From Caldisericum sp. CG2_30_36_11 (GTDB taxonomy: Bacteria; Caldisericota; Caldisericia; Caldisericales; Caldisericaceae): a stretch of DNA of 58,003 nt. Position 1 is the first letter of the stretch, and each line of letters begins with the position of its first letter. The position numbers and the translations under genes were made by a program. Below the pieces are notes generated by a model, which worked only from the letters and a program-made list of their open reading frames with translations, ran no database searches and was not told the origin of the DNA. Shown here in pieces: positions 45,174 to 54,291 of the stretch. The stretch is from the NCBI GenBank assembly GCA_001871575.1, contig MNXV01000075.1, forward strand, positions 1 to 58,003. Reading direction: 5' to 3'.

Positions 45174-45794
45174 TTAAATTTTAATGTGCTGATGATTTAT
45201 TTTTAATAGATCCAAAGCAACATCAAATTTTTTTATAACAACAATCAACGTTGAAAAAAGCATGTACATTTTAGCTTCGATATTTTCGCTAAAAATCAAG
45301 AAAACAATAACAATAATAAAAGCTATACTTTCCCCTGATTCAAAAGGTGATAAACGAAAATTCAAACTAAAGCCTTTATGCGAGAACAAAAACACTAAAA
45401 AAGTAACAAAGATGACTGTTAGGATAATCAATCGAGGCACAAAAAATAATAAACCTCCTATAATTGCTGAAATACCTGTACCACCTTTAAATCTATGGAA
45501 AAGAGGAAAGTCATGCCCAATAACGGCAAAAGATCCAATCAAAGCAGGTAAAACACCCGTTAAGCCGATTAAAGATGCGAAAAGGGGTGGCAAAAAACCT
45601 TTCAAAGAATCAAAACTAAAAACTAATGCACCAGCAAACTCGTTGACATTTAGAAAAACATTGGTAGCCCCGGGGTTTTCGTCTCCAAGCTCCCTTATAT
45701 CTCTTTTTGAAAAGATGTTAGTTAACATTATGGCTGGGTTTATGGAGCCGAGAAGATAAGCAAATATAATCATTAATAAAACTTTTTCATCCAT
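45174..45794 (-). CDS. plsY: Glycerol-3-phosphate acyltransferase PlsY
   Basis: YLLGSINPA, GDENPGATNV and GGTGIS motifs. Start probably MDEKV (45794) rather than 45827. Confidence 0.85.
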   Translation of the reverse strand: MDEKVLLMIIFAYLLGSINPAIMLTNIFSKRDIRELGDENPGATNVFLNVNEFAGALVFSFDSLKGFLPPLFASLIGLTGVLPALIGSFAVIGHDFPLFHRFKGGTGISAIIGGLLFFVPRLIILTVIFVTFLVFLFSHKGFSLNFRLSPFESGESIAFIIVIVFLIFSENIEAKMYMLFSTLIVVIKKFDVALDLLKINHQHIKI

Positions 45795-45888
45795 ATTAAA
45801 TTTTAATATAAAAAATATTTTTTCCAAAATTTGCCAGATTCACAATATTTTCACATTTTTAAATATAATTATGCTGCTGGGTGAATAA

Positions 45889-46566
45889 ATGAAAAAAATC
45901 TTAATAGTTGATGATGAAGAAAACATTAGAGACCTTGTTGACCTTTATATGAGGAAAGCAGGCTTCAAAACAGTGCATGCAAAAAATGGTAGAGAAGCAT
46001 TAGAGAAATTCGACACCGAAAAGCCGAGTCTTGTTATACTTGATTTAATGCTTCCATATATAGATGGTGAAACGGTTGCCCAGAAACTTAGGAAAAAATC
46101 AAATGTACCCATAATCATGCTGACTGCAAAAGCAGATGAAACCGATAGAGTGCAAGGACTTGAAATAGGTGCAGATGATTATGTTACAAAGCCCTTTAGC
46201 CCAAGGGAACTTGTTGCAAGAGTAAAAAATATTCTGAAAAGGGCGTATCCTGAAGAAAGAACTTTAAAAATTAAAGATATAGAAATTAATCCAAAAGAAA
46301 TGAGAGTTTACAAAAATGGCAAAGACTTAGGTTTAACTGTTAAGGAATTTAGAGTGCTTTTTGCGTTAGCTAAAAAAATAGGTTCAGTGCTTACAAGAGA
46401 TGAAATTATGAATGAAATATACTCAGAATATGACAAAGTTGTTTTTGATAGGACCATAGATGCATATATCAAGAATATCAGAAAAACTTGGTGATAACCC
46501 AAAAGAGCCCAAATACATCGAGTCAATATACAGTGCAGGTTACAGGTTAATAAGAGATGAACTTTA
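45889..46566 (+). pseudogene. OmpR/PhoB-family response regulator with its reading frame broken in an A5 run at 46482-46486
   Basis: Frame 0 ends ...DAYIKNIRKTW* at 46494. The next frame continues with (K)LGDNPKEPKYIESIYSAGYRLIRDEL*, the canonical end of the winged-helix domain, stopping at 46566 and overlapping the kinase start. Confidence 0.8.
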
Positions 46567-47642
46567 GAATAAAACTTATCTTAAGCTATATTGGTGTAAT
46601 ACTTGCAGTAATAATTTTTTCTTTTATATTTTCAAGCATATTTGTCAGGCAGATTTTCGTCCGCATTATAATTGGAAACTGGCCACATGAAATTGATTTG
46701 CTGCTAAAACCCCAAGTCACAATGTTTTTAAATACTTTAAGAATGACCCTTGTCTGGTCAGGAGTTATGTCAATATTTATAGGGATAGGAGTTGCTTTGA
46801 TAGTATCAAATCTTACAGTAAGACCACTCAAAGAAATGCAAAAACTTGCGAAAAGGATCTCTCAGGGTGATTACAGTGCAAGGATTGGCTTAAAATCAAG
46901 AGACGAAATAGGAGAGCTAGCATCGTCTCTTAACTATATGGCAGAACAACTTACAGATATCGAAAACATGAGGAAAAAACTTGTCCAAAACGTTTCACAC
47001 GATCTAAGAACCCCGCTTACAAGTATCAAAGGCTACTTAGAATTACTCGAAGATGAGAGTTTCACTGAGGAAGAAAAAATAAAATCGATAAACACAATAC
47101 AAAAAGAAGTCGAAAGAATGGAAACAATTGTTAAAGAAATTACAAGACTTTCAATAATCGATGGCAAAAATTACCAATTAGATATTGAAAAATTAGACCT
47201 GAATTCCGTAGTTAAAGAATCTATCCCGATTATTAACATTGAAGCAGAAAAAAAGAATATCCAAATCCAAATCGATTCTTTACAAAAGGAAATTTTTATT
47301 ATGGGTGATAAAGAAAAAGTGAAAGAAGTAATAATAAACCTCCTTAGCAATGCTATCAAATTTACAAACGAAGGATTCATCAAAATCTCTACCTCACAAA
47401 ACAAAAATTATGTTTCTCTTATAATAGAGGACACAGGTATAGGGATAGATCCAGAAGACATGCCGCACATATTTGAAAGATTCTACAGAGGAGAAAAATC
47501 GAGATCAAAAAATTCATCTGGCCTTGGCATAGGTTTATCAATAGTAAAGGAATTATTGTATATGCAAAATGGTAAAATTGAAGTTGAAAGCAAGAAAAAC
47601 AAAGGCAGTAAATTTACAGTTAAATTCCCTGTTGCAGATTAA
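46557..47642 (+). CDS. Sensor histidine kinase (2 TM, HAMP, HisKA, HATPase_c)
   Basis: H-box SHDLRTPLT, N-box NLLSNAIKFT, G-boxes DTGIGI and GLGIGLS. Confidence 0.88.
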   Translation: MNFRIKLILSYIGVILAVIIFSFIFSSIFVRQIFVRIIIGNWPHEIDLLLKPQVTMFLNTLRMTLVWSGVMSIFIGIGVALIVSNLTVRPLKEMQKLAKRISQGDYSARIGLKSRDEIGELASSLNYMAEQLTDIENMRKKLVQNVSHDLRTPLTSIKGYLELLEDESFTEEEKIKSINTIQKEVERMETIVKEITRLSIIDGKNYQLDIEKLDLNSVVKESIPIINIEAEKKNIQIQIDSLQKEIFIMGDKEKVKEVIINLLSNAIKFTNEGFIKISTSQNKNYVSLIIEDTGIGIDPEDMPHIFERFYRGEKSRSKNSSGLGIGLSIVKELLYMQNGKIEVESKKNKGSKFTVKFPVAD

Positions 47643-47819
47643 TTTTATCTGTTATTTCTAAATTCCTTCAAAAGTTGATTATTTCAATTGCAAAGTTCTT
47701 TATTTCTTCATATTTATCAACATCAATCTTAAGGTTACTGTATTTTGTTTTATAAAAAATCTCGGTCATAAAATCAAAGCGAGGAATTCCTAAATGCAAC
47801 AAGGCAAATCGATAGCATT

Positions 47820-48170
47820 ATGTTCATTTTATTTTTGATTGTAAATGGATTCGCGCTGTCATTTGATTTGATAAAAACCGTACTTATACCATCTGGATTA
47901 CTTTTTATCATTTCAAGAGGCTTTGGAAAAATTTCTGGAGGAGTACTCGGGAACATTTTAACCAGGATGAATAGAAAAGAAGCCTTTCCGATAGGAATCT
48001 CGCTTCTATCCCAATCAACACTAACTATATACTTTGCCGCACATTCAAAAGGATTTCTACTAAATTACGGAGAGGCGATATTTGCAATTACAATGTCAGG
48101 AGTAATCTTCTTTGAGATAATTGGCGCTCCTCTACTAAAGTGGGCTGTTATAAAGATGAAAATTGGATAA
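47820..48170 (+). pseudogene. C-terminal fragment of a cation/proton antiporter (Na+/H+ exchanger family)
   Basis: 116 aa covering only the last ~4 TM helices (GFGKISGGVLGNIL...EAFPIGISLLSQSTLTIYFA...VIFFEIIGAPLL). No ribosome binding site. The frame is closed immediately upstream, with no N-terminal half. Confidence 0.45.
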
Positions 48171-48181
48171 ATATTTGAAAT

Positions 48182-48454
48182 TTAACCGCCAGTAATTATT
48201 GGGAACACGGTAATAGTATCTCCATCTTTAACTTGGGTTTCAATACCCTCGAGTAAATTAATATTACGACCATTTAGTAAATAAACATTTTCTTTTAACT
48301 TTATGTTTTCATCGAAAACATCGCTTTTAAGCATTGGAGCTTTTTTAATAAGATTTTCAAGGATTTCAAGAAAATTTGCTCCTGCGAGTTCAACTTCTTC
48401 AATTCCACTCTTTTCTCTAAATAGACCATATACTTTTAATTTTATTTTTGCCAT
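48182..48454 (-). CDS. MoaD/ThiS-family ubiquitin-like sulfur carrier protein (C-terminal GG)
   Basis: 90 aa ending ...DGDTITVFPIITGG, with a beta-grasp-like pattern. Confidence 0.75.
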   Translation of the reverse strand: MAKIKLKVYGLFREKSGIEEVELAGANFLEILENLIKKAPMLKSDVFDENIKLKENVYLLNGRNINLLEGIETQVKDGDTITVFPIITGG

Positions 48455-48514
48455 CTCCCTGCACCCATTTTTAATTATAATTGTTCAAGACACAATTACA
48501 AAGAGTAAAAACCT

Positions 48515-49660
48515 TTAAACAAAAATAATAAGGAAAGAGGAAATAAGAGCAACTATCCCTCCCAAATAGAATGGTGCCTTCGGTGCAATATACTGATAAA
48601 GAAACCCGGCAATCAGAGAGGCAGGAAGAGCCATAATGCCTACACCAAAATTATAAATACCATAAGCCGTGCCTCTTGCCGATTCATCTGCAACAAGATC
48701 AGCAACAAATGCTTTTTGTGAACCCTCGCTAAAAGCATAATATATACCATATAACATAAACACTAAATATAAAAATGAAGCATTTTTTGTGAGAGCAAAT
48801 CCCAAATAAGAGATCCCATAGATTGTGTAGCCTAAAATAATTGCCCTTTTCCTTCCAATTCTGTCGGAAAGTACACCTAAAGGGATTGAAAAAGTCGCAT
48901 ATACTAAAGCATTAATAGTCCACATAAAAAGAATAATTGTTGAAGAAAGGTTGAATGTTCCTGCATAAATCGTAATAAAGGCATCTGAACTATTACCTAT
49001 TGTAAAAAGAGTTACAGCAAAAATATAAAAATAGAACCTCTTTCCAAGATTAAATTTAGAATTACCTTTATTTTCTTTAAGGATATTTTTAAACTCTCTT
49101 TCCTTAACAAACAGCATAATAAATATAGCTAAAAAGGCGGGTACTAATGCAAATTTAAAAACAATCTTAAAATTACTTAATCCGAATTTTCTAAGAATAA
49201 AAATACCCAGCATAGGACCAAGAACAGCCCCAAAAGTATCCAACGCCCTATGAAAACCAAAATATAAACCTCTGTTTTTCTCGTTTGCATATGAAGAAAT
49301 AAGAGCGTCACGAGGGGAAGTCCTTATTCCCTTTCCAATTCGCTCTATTGCCCTTATCCAGAAGGCACCATAAGGAGTAGAAATAAACTGCAAGAAAATT
49401 TTAGTTATTGCGGATTCCGTATAACCAATGAAGACAAACCATTTCCTGCTTCTAAATCGATCAGAAAAATAACCAGAAAATATTTTTAGAAGTGACGAAA
49501 CACTTTCTGCAACACCTTCAACAATACCAATAATTGCACCACCAGCTCCTATAGACTCAAGAAAAAGAGGGAAAACTTTCATAATCATCTCTGAAGATAC
49601 ATCGGTAAAGAAACTTGTTAGTCCAAGAAGAACAACGTTTCTATCTATTACTTTTCTCAT
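48515..49660 (-). CDS. MFS transporter
   Basis: 381 aa, ~11-12 TM helices, DRFRSRK and DRIGRKR loop motifs typical of MFS proteins. Confidence 0.8.
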   Translation of the reverse strand: MRKVIDRNVVLLGLTSFFTDVSSEMIMKVFPLFLESIGAGGAIIGIVEGVAESVSSLLKIFSGYFSDRFRSRKWFVFIGYTESAITKIFLQFISTPYGAFWIRAIERIGKGIRTSPRDALISSYANEKNRGLYFGFHRALDTFGAVLGPMLGIFILRKFGLSNFKIVFKFALVPAFLAIFIMLFVKEREFKNILKENKGNSKFNLGKRFYFYIFAVTLFTIGNSSDAFITIYAGTFNLSSTIILFMWTINALVYATFSIPLGVLSDRIGRKRAIILGYTIYGISYLGFALTKNASFLYLVFMLYGIYYAFSEGSQKAFVADLVADESARGTAYGIYNFGVGIMALPASLIAGFLYQYIAPKAPFYLGGIVALISSFLIIFV

Positions 49661-49668
49661 AATTCCTC

Positions 49669-49697
49669 ATTATAACGAAAAACCATGAGAAAATCAA
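49669..49697 (-). promoter_or_regulatory. Putative sigma70-type promoter of the MFS transporter gene
   Basis: Minus strand reads TTGATT-N17-TATAAT. The -10 box ends 8 nt before the ATG. Confidence 0.45.
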
Positions 49698-49710
49698 CAA
49701 AAATAATCTA

Positions 49711-49757
49711 CTGAAAAGAGTGTAGATTTAATCTTCTCTAACCTTTGCTCTTTTCAG
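49711..49757 (-). terminator. Long hairpin downstream of etfA (possible terminator)
   Basis: Perfect 10-bp inverted repeat CTGAAAAGAG/CTCTTTTCAG with an inner TAGA/TCTA stem. A T5 run starts 7 nt after the stem on the minus strand. Confidence 0.3.
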
Positions 49758-49819
49758 AAGGTTCCAAAGGATTAAAGGATCTTTAAATAATTTAAATATA
49801 AATTGTATTATTGCTACTC

Positions 49820-50677
49820 TTACAAACGAGACAAAACTAAAACTAATAATTTATCAATAACTTCTTCTACTCTTTGATTAATCGAAAGGTTGCTCTTCTG
49901 GAAGATGCGAGCATGAGCATCTGAATTAATTGCAATAGTATAATTAGCGTTTACAGATTCAATATGTTGAATTGCTCCCGAAATCCCCAGAGCAATATAA
50001 ACATCGGGCGATACATCTACTCCAGAATCGCCAATAACCTTATCAGGAGGTAACAAACCTGCATCTCCCACAGGTCGGGTACATCCAACCTCAGCCCCTA
50101 TTAATCTTGCAAATTCAAGAACCCTCGGTAGAACATTTCTTTCAACTCCTCTGCCAACTCCGACAATTATTTTTGCTGATTTAAGAGGATTTTCGACTAT
50201 TTTTTCATTGGAAAGTAACTTTACTTTAGTAGGTTCCTTGAGATAAATTACGCACGGATTATTCAGTGACAGATTAACTATGCTCCTGCTCTTCAAAATA
50301 ATAAGTTTAGGGTCAGAAGTCGATACAACATCAGCCTGAATATTCTCCCATCCTGGAACTATTCCAATAATATTATTCTCTTTAAACAAAAACTCTTTAC
50401 TGTGAGCAATAAGACCAAAATTATATTTTCCGGCAAAATAAGATGCAGTTTCTTTCACAATAAGTTCGTCCGAAAAGATAATAATATCAAACTTATTATT
50501 CTCCATAATTCTGGAAATAAAATCAACGCCCATTGTTGAATCAATAATTTCCTTATCAGGTAAAAAATTTGCAGAACGTGAAGTTAGATCAAAACTTGCA
50601 AAATAATTCTCTAAATCCAGACTCCAAACTTCTTTAGAAAAAGAGTTATTCCTTTTAAAGACTAAAAGAGCTTTCAT
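49820..50677 (-). CDS. etfA: Electron transfer flavoprotein alpha subunit (short form, divergent N-terminal half)
   Basis: The C-terminal FAD-binding half is conserved (IIVGVGRGV, CTRPVGDAG, YIALGISGAIQH, IAINSD). Confidence 0.8.
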   Translation of the reverse strand: MKALLVFKRNNSFSKEVWSLDLENYFASFDLTSRSANFLPDKEIIDSTMGVDFISRIMENNKFDIIIFSDELIVKETASYFAGKYNFGLIAHSKEFLFKENNIIGIVPGWENIQADVVSTSDPKLIILKSRSIVNLSLNNPCVIYLKEPTKVKLLSNEKIVENPLKSAKIIVGVGRGVERNVLPRVLEFARLIGAEVGCTRPVGDAGLLPPDKVIGDSGVDVSPDVYIALGISGAIQHIESVNANYTIAINSDAHARIFQKSNLSINQRVEEVIDKLLVLVLSRL

Positions 50678-50711
50678 ATATTTGAAACCTTCTTTAGAAA
50701 AGAAAGAGGTT

Positions 50712-51482
50712 TCATATAGAAACCTTCTTTAGAAAATCAAAAATTGTCTTTTCACCGTTTGATGTTATAAGGTTTCCTTCAAATACGGGGGAATCTTGAA
50801 AAACATTCAAAACTTCCGTTAAAGAACCCTTCAAGCCAACCTTTTCTTCAGGCAAATTCAGCATCTCGCTTGTATATACTTCAACTTCTTTGTCCAGAGA
50901 CTCCACAAGAGAGAATAAATCGACAACAGCTCCTTTATTGGCCTCTCTCCTGACGGAAATAAGAGAAGGCAGATCCACAGCAAAAGTCTCAATCTTTTCA
51001 AAAATTCTTTTAACAATTATTCTTTTACTGTAAGATTCAATTGAAAAAACATTTGAAATGAAAGGAATATTTAAAAGTGCTGCCAACTCTCCTCCAACAT
51101 TTCCCGTTGAACCATCTAATGAAAAATCGCCCTGGATTATCAAGTTAAAGTTGTGTACGAGTTTTATTATGGCTTCTTTTAGTACAAAGGAAGTAGCAAA
51201 GGTATCTGAACCAGCAAAATTTTTATCTGACAACAAAATTACTCTATTGGCTCCATATTTGAAAAGGTTCTTTAGAAGATCCTTCTCTTTTAGGGGAGCC
51301 ATTGAAATAACAGAAATGGAAGCATTGCTTACTTTTTTAAGCTTGACAGCCTCTTCGAACGCTACAAGGTCTAAAGGATTAAAAATAGAATTGCCTTCCC
51401 TTTTTACCCTGCAGGTTTCTTTGTCAATACTTATTTTTTCTGGTACAACTTTAACATTAACAACAATATCAGTTTGAGCCAT
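50712..51482 (-). CDS. etfB: Electron transfer flavoprotein beta subunit
   Basis: IVVNVKVVPE...NPLDLVAFEEAVKLK N-terminus, 256 aa. The ATG shares one nucleotide with the fmt stop codon. Confidence 0.8.
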   Translation of the reverse strand: MAQTDIVVNVKVVPEKISIDKETCRVKREGNSIFNPLDLVAFEEAVKLKKVSNASISVISMAPLKEKDLLKNLFKYGANRVILLSDKNFAGSDTFATSFVLKEAIIKLVHNFNLIIQGDFSLDGSTGNVGGELAALLNIPFISNVFSIESYSKRIIVKRIFEKIETFAVDLPSLISVRREANKGAVVDLFSLVESLDKEVEVYTSEMLNLPEEKVGLKGSLTEVLNVFQDSPVFEGNLITSNGEKTIFDFLKKVSI

Positions 51483-52393
51483 TATCCAAAGCTTTCTCCT
51501 TCTTTAACTTTAAAACCATTGATAAAATCTTTTGCACTTATTCTTTTCCCGCCTTCAATCTGCAATTCAAAGATTTTGATGCAGCCTTTTCCACAAGCAA
51601 TATTAAAGCAATCTTTAAAAACATTGGTTACAGCACCGGGTGGACGTGAATTAACAAAATTAGCAATTTCTGCTTTAAAAATTTTTATTATTTTTTTTCT
51701 AAAATAAGTATAAGCCCCGGGTTTAGGGCTTAACGCACGAATTTTATTAAATATATTCAGCCCATCAAAACTCCAAACAATAAGCTCATCATCTTTTGTA
51801 ATTTTAATTGCATAAATTGCAGTACCCTCTTGTTTCATGCCATCACATTCTCCATTGGATGAGACTTCAATTGCTTTTTTCAAAAGAGGAATCCCAATCT
51901 CAACAATCTTTTTTTCTACATCACCTTTTGTTTCATAAGGTAAAATTTTAAAAGGCTCTTCAATAATTATGTCTCCTGCGTCTAATTCCTTGATAACCCT
52001 GATAATACTTACTGCAGAATCCTCAACACCGTCCATTATTTGTCTTTCAATAGGAGCAGCACCTCTATAAAGAGGAAGTTTTGATGGATGTAAGTTAATT
52101 GGACATTTCACTAAAGAAAGGATATCCTGAGGTATTATTTTGCCATATGAAACTACTATAAAAATATCAGGCATGGTTGATTTTATCATTTTATATTCCT
52201 GGTCTTTAAATTTACTAACTGTAATAACAGGTAAATGTTCTCTCTGGGCAAAGTCTTTAACCGGGTTAGGCAAAGCAATTTTACCTCTTCCTCTAATCTT
52301 ATCCGGGGAAGTAACAACAAGTTTTATATCTTCTTTAAAAGCGTCAATAAATGGAATGGAGAATTCCGATGATCCGAAAAAGACGATATTCAT
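51482..52393 (-). CDS. fmt: Methionyl-tRNA formyltransferase
   Basis: IVFFGSSEFS N-terminus, INLHPSKLPLYRGAAPI motif. Confidence 0.92.
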   Translation of the reverse strand: MNIVFFGSSEFSIPFIDAFKEDIKLVVTSPDKIRGRGKIALPNPVKDFAQREHLPVITVSKFKDQEYKMIKSTMPDIFIVVSYGKIIPQDILSLVKCPINLHPSKLPLYRGAAPIERQIMDGVEDSAVSIIRVIKELDAGDIIIEEPFKILPYETKGDVEKKIVEIGIPLLKKAIEVSSNGECDGMKQEGTAIYAIKITKDDELIVWSFDGLNIFNKIRALSPKPGAYTYFRKKIIKIFKAEIANFVNSRPPGAVTNVFKDCFNIACGKGCIKIFELQIEGGKRISAKDFINGFKVKEGESFG

Positions 52394-52896
52394 GAAACTT
52401 TTAGCCTTTCAAGTAACTTTTCTGGAATCTCAAAACCTTCTTCAACGCTTAAATTATTTATGTCATTTATGTAATCGGTAAAAAGAATCCCGTTCAAATG
52501 GTCAGTTTCATGCTGGAATACACGCGCTTTTAGACCGTCTAAACGCATTTCGATTTTTTTACCTTTAATATCTAAAGCCTTTACAACAATTTCTTCGGCT
52601 CTCTCAACGGGACCATAGACACCTGGAACTGAAAGGCAACCTTCTTCTGCGACTTCCTTGCCTTTTTTACTTAAAATCTCAGGATTTATAATGACACCCT
52701 TATCGTCATCAATCTCGTAAACAAAAAGAGAAATATTATAACCAACTTGAGTTGCTGCAAGTCCTATCCCTTTTGGAATATTTTTCTCAATTTTCTTAAA
52801 CATCCTTTCAGAAAGTAAAATAATATCTCTATCAATTATCTTTATTTTGGGAGCTTTTTTTCTAAGTACAGGATTTCCATATATTAGAATTTTCAT
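52390..52896 (-). CDS. def: Peptide deformylase
   Basis: GIGLAATQVG, EGCLSVPG and QHETDHLNG motifs. Confidence 0.94.
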   Translation of the reverse strand: MKILIYGNPVLRKKAPKIKIIDRDIILLSERMFKKIEKNIPKGIGLAATQVGYNISLFVYEIDDDKGVIINPEILSKKGKEVAEEGCLSVPGVYGPVERAEEIVVKALDIKGKKIEMRLDGLKARVFQHETDHLNGILFTDYINDINNLSVEEGFEIPEKLLERLKVS

Positions 52897-53468
52897 ATAT
52901 CAACAGCTCCTTTTCTTAAAATTACAGGTTTATCACCCGTGCAATCTACAACAGTGGAAGGAATATTACTCATAGATATATTATACTCAAAAGGAACATA
53001 TAAGATACTATTACTCAAAAGGGTGTACAAATCCTCTTCTTTCTCAATAGACTTTTCACCTGATATGTTAGCGCTTGTATTTAATATTGGCAAATCAATA
53101 TACGCAAGTAATTCAAGAAGAGGTTTTAAGTTTGGAATCCTAACTCCAACAGTTTTCCCTTTTTCAACAGGCGTGGTCCATACTTCTTCAGTAGAATAAA
53201 ATATAAAAGTAATTGCACCTGGAAAATATTTTTCCATTAACTTTAAAGCATAATCAGGGATCGAAAGTGTGTACTTAAAAATTTGATCCATAGAATAGCA
53301 AAGAATATATAATGGTTTTTCATAAGGTCTATTTTTTAATTTAAAAAGGTTTTTAACGGCTAATTTATCGAGGCCGTTTACTCCAAGCCCCATTATAGTA
53401 TCTGTTTGAAAGGCCAAAATACCATGCTTTAAAATATGTTTTTTGGCAATTTCTACATCAATATTCAT
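52893..53468 (-). CDS. tsaC: L-threonylcarbamoyladenylate synthase (YrdC/TsaC family)
   Basis: AFQTDTIMGLG, RIP and NTSANISGE motifs. Start set at MNIDV (53468). Confidence 0.82.
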   Translation of the reverse strand: MNIDVEIAKKHILKHGILAFQTDTIMGLGVNGLDKLAVKNLFKLKNRPYEKPLYILCYSMDQIFKYTLSIPDYALKLMEKYFPGAITFIFYSTEEVWTTPVEKGKTVGVRIPNLKPLLELLAYIDLPILNTSANISGEKSIEKEEDLYTLLSNSILYVPFEYNISMSNIPSTVVDCTGDKPVILRKGAVDI

Positions 53469-54286
53469 TTTACTCCACAAACAACTCTGTCTAAATTTGA
53501 CAAATCCTTTATTATTCTTATGTCTTTGAAGCCTTCGTCTTTCATAATTTGCGCTGCTCTTTCTCCCATATCGTCATCAATCTCTACAAAAAGATATCCC
53601 CCTCTTGAAAGCATCGAAATAGACTTTTTAAATAAAAATGGATAAAACTTAAACCCATCTTTTCCACCATTAAGAGCTCTATAGGGTTCGCATTTAACAT
53701 CTTTTATTTTGTTCCTTTTTACATAAGGAGGATTAGAAAAAATTATATCAAACTCTTTCGAAGGATTATAAAGCGAAAAATCAATATTCAAAAAACTTAC
53801 CCTGTCAATTAAATTTAATTTTTTTGCATTTGATGAAGCAAGTTTTACGGCGGCTTTAGAAATATCTATGCCCGTTCCTTCGCTCAATTTGTTATAATAA
53901 AGAAAAGATAATATTATACAGCCAGAGCCTGTTCCAATATCAAAGACTTTCATTTTTTTACCATTTGCTATTTTTAAAGATTCTTCAACAATGGTCTCAG
54001 TTTCAGAGCGGGGAATTAAAACTCCCTCTTTGACAATGAACTCTAAATTCATGAATTCTCTTTTACCAAAAATATAAAAAAACGGATAACCTTTCTTCCT
54101 TTTTTCTATACAGACAAAAAATTTTCTTACCAGGTAATCGTCAACCAGGCTATTTTCCATTAAATAAAGCTTCCCCCTTTTAACACCTAATACAGTGGAA
54201 AGTAAAAGTTCGCTTTCTAAAACAGGAGCATCAGAGACACTTTTCAAATCATTAAAAGCATGTTTCAACAGAGATTTTACATCCAT
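53465..54286 (-). CDS. prmC: Peptide chain release factor N5-glutamine methyltransferase
   Basis: DIGTGSGCI SAM motif and NPPY catalytic motif. Located downstream of prfA. Confidence 0.9.
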   Translation of the reverse strand: MDVKSLLKHAFNDLKSVSDAPVLESELLLSTVLGVKRGKLYLMENSLVDDYLVRKFFVCIEKRKKGYPFFYIFGKREFMNLEFIVKEGVLIPRSETETIVEESLKIANGKKMKVFDIGTGSGCIILSFLYYNKLSEGTGIDISKAAVKLASSNAKKLNLIDRVSFLNIDFSLYNPSKEFDIIFSNPPYVKRNKIKDVKCEPYRALNGGKDGFKFYPFLFKKSISMLSRGGYLFVEIDDDMGERAAQIMKDEGFKDIRIIKDLSNLDRVVCGVK

Positions 54287-54291
54287 GGCAA

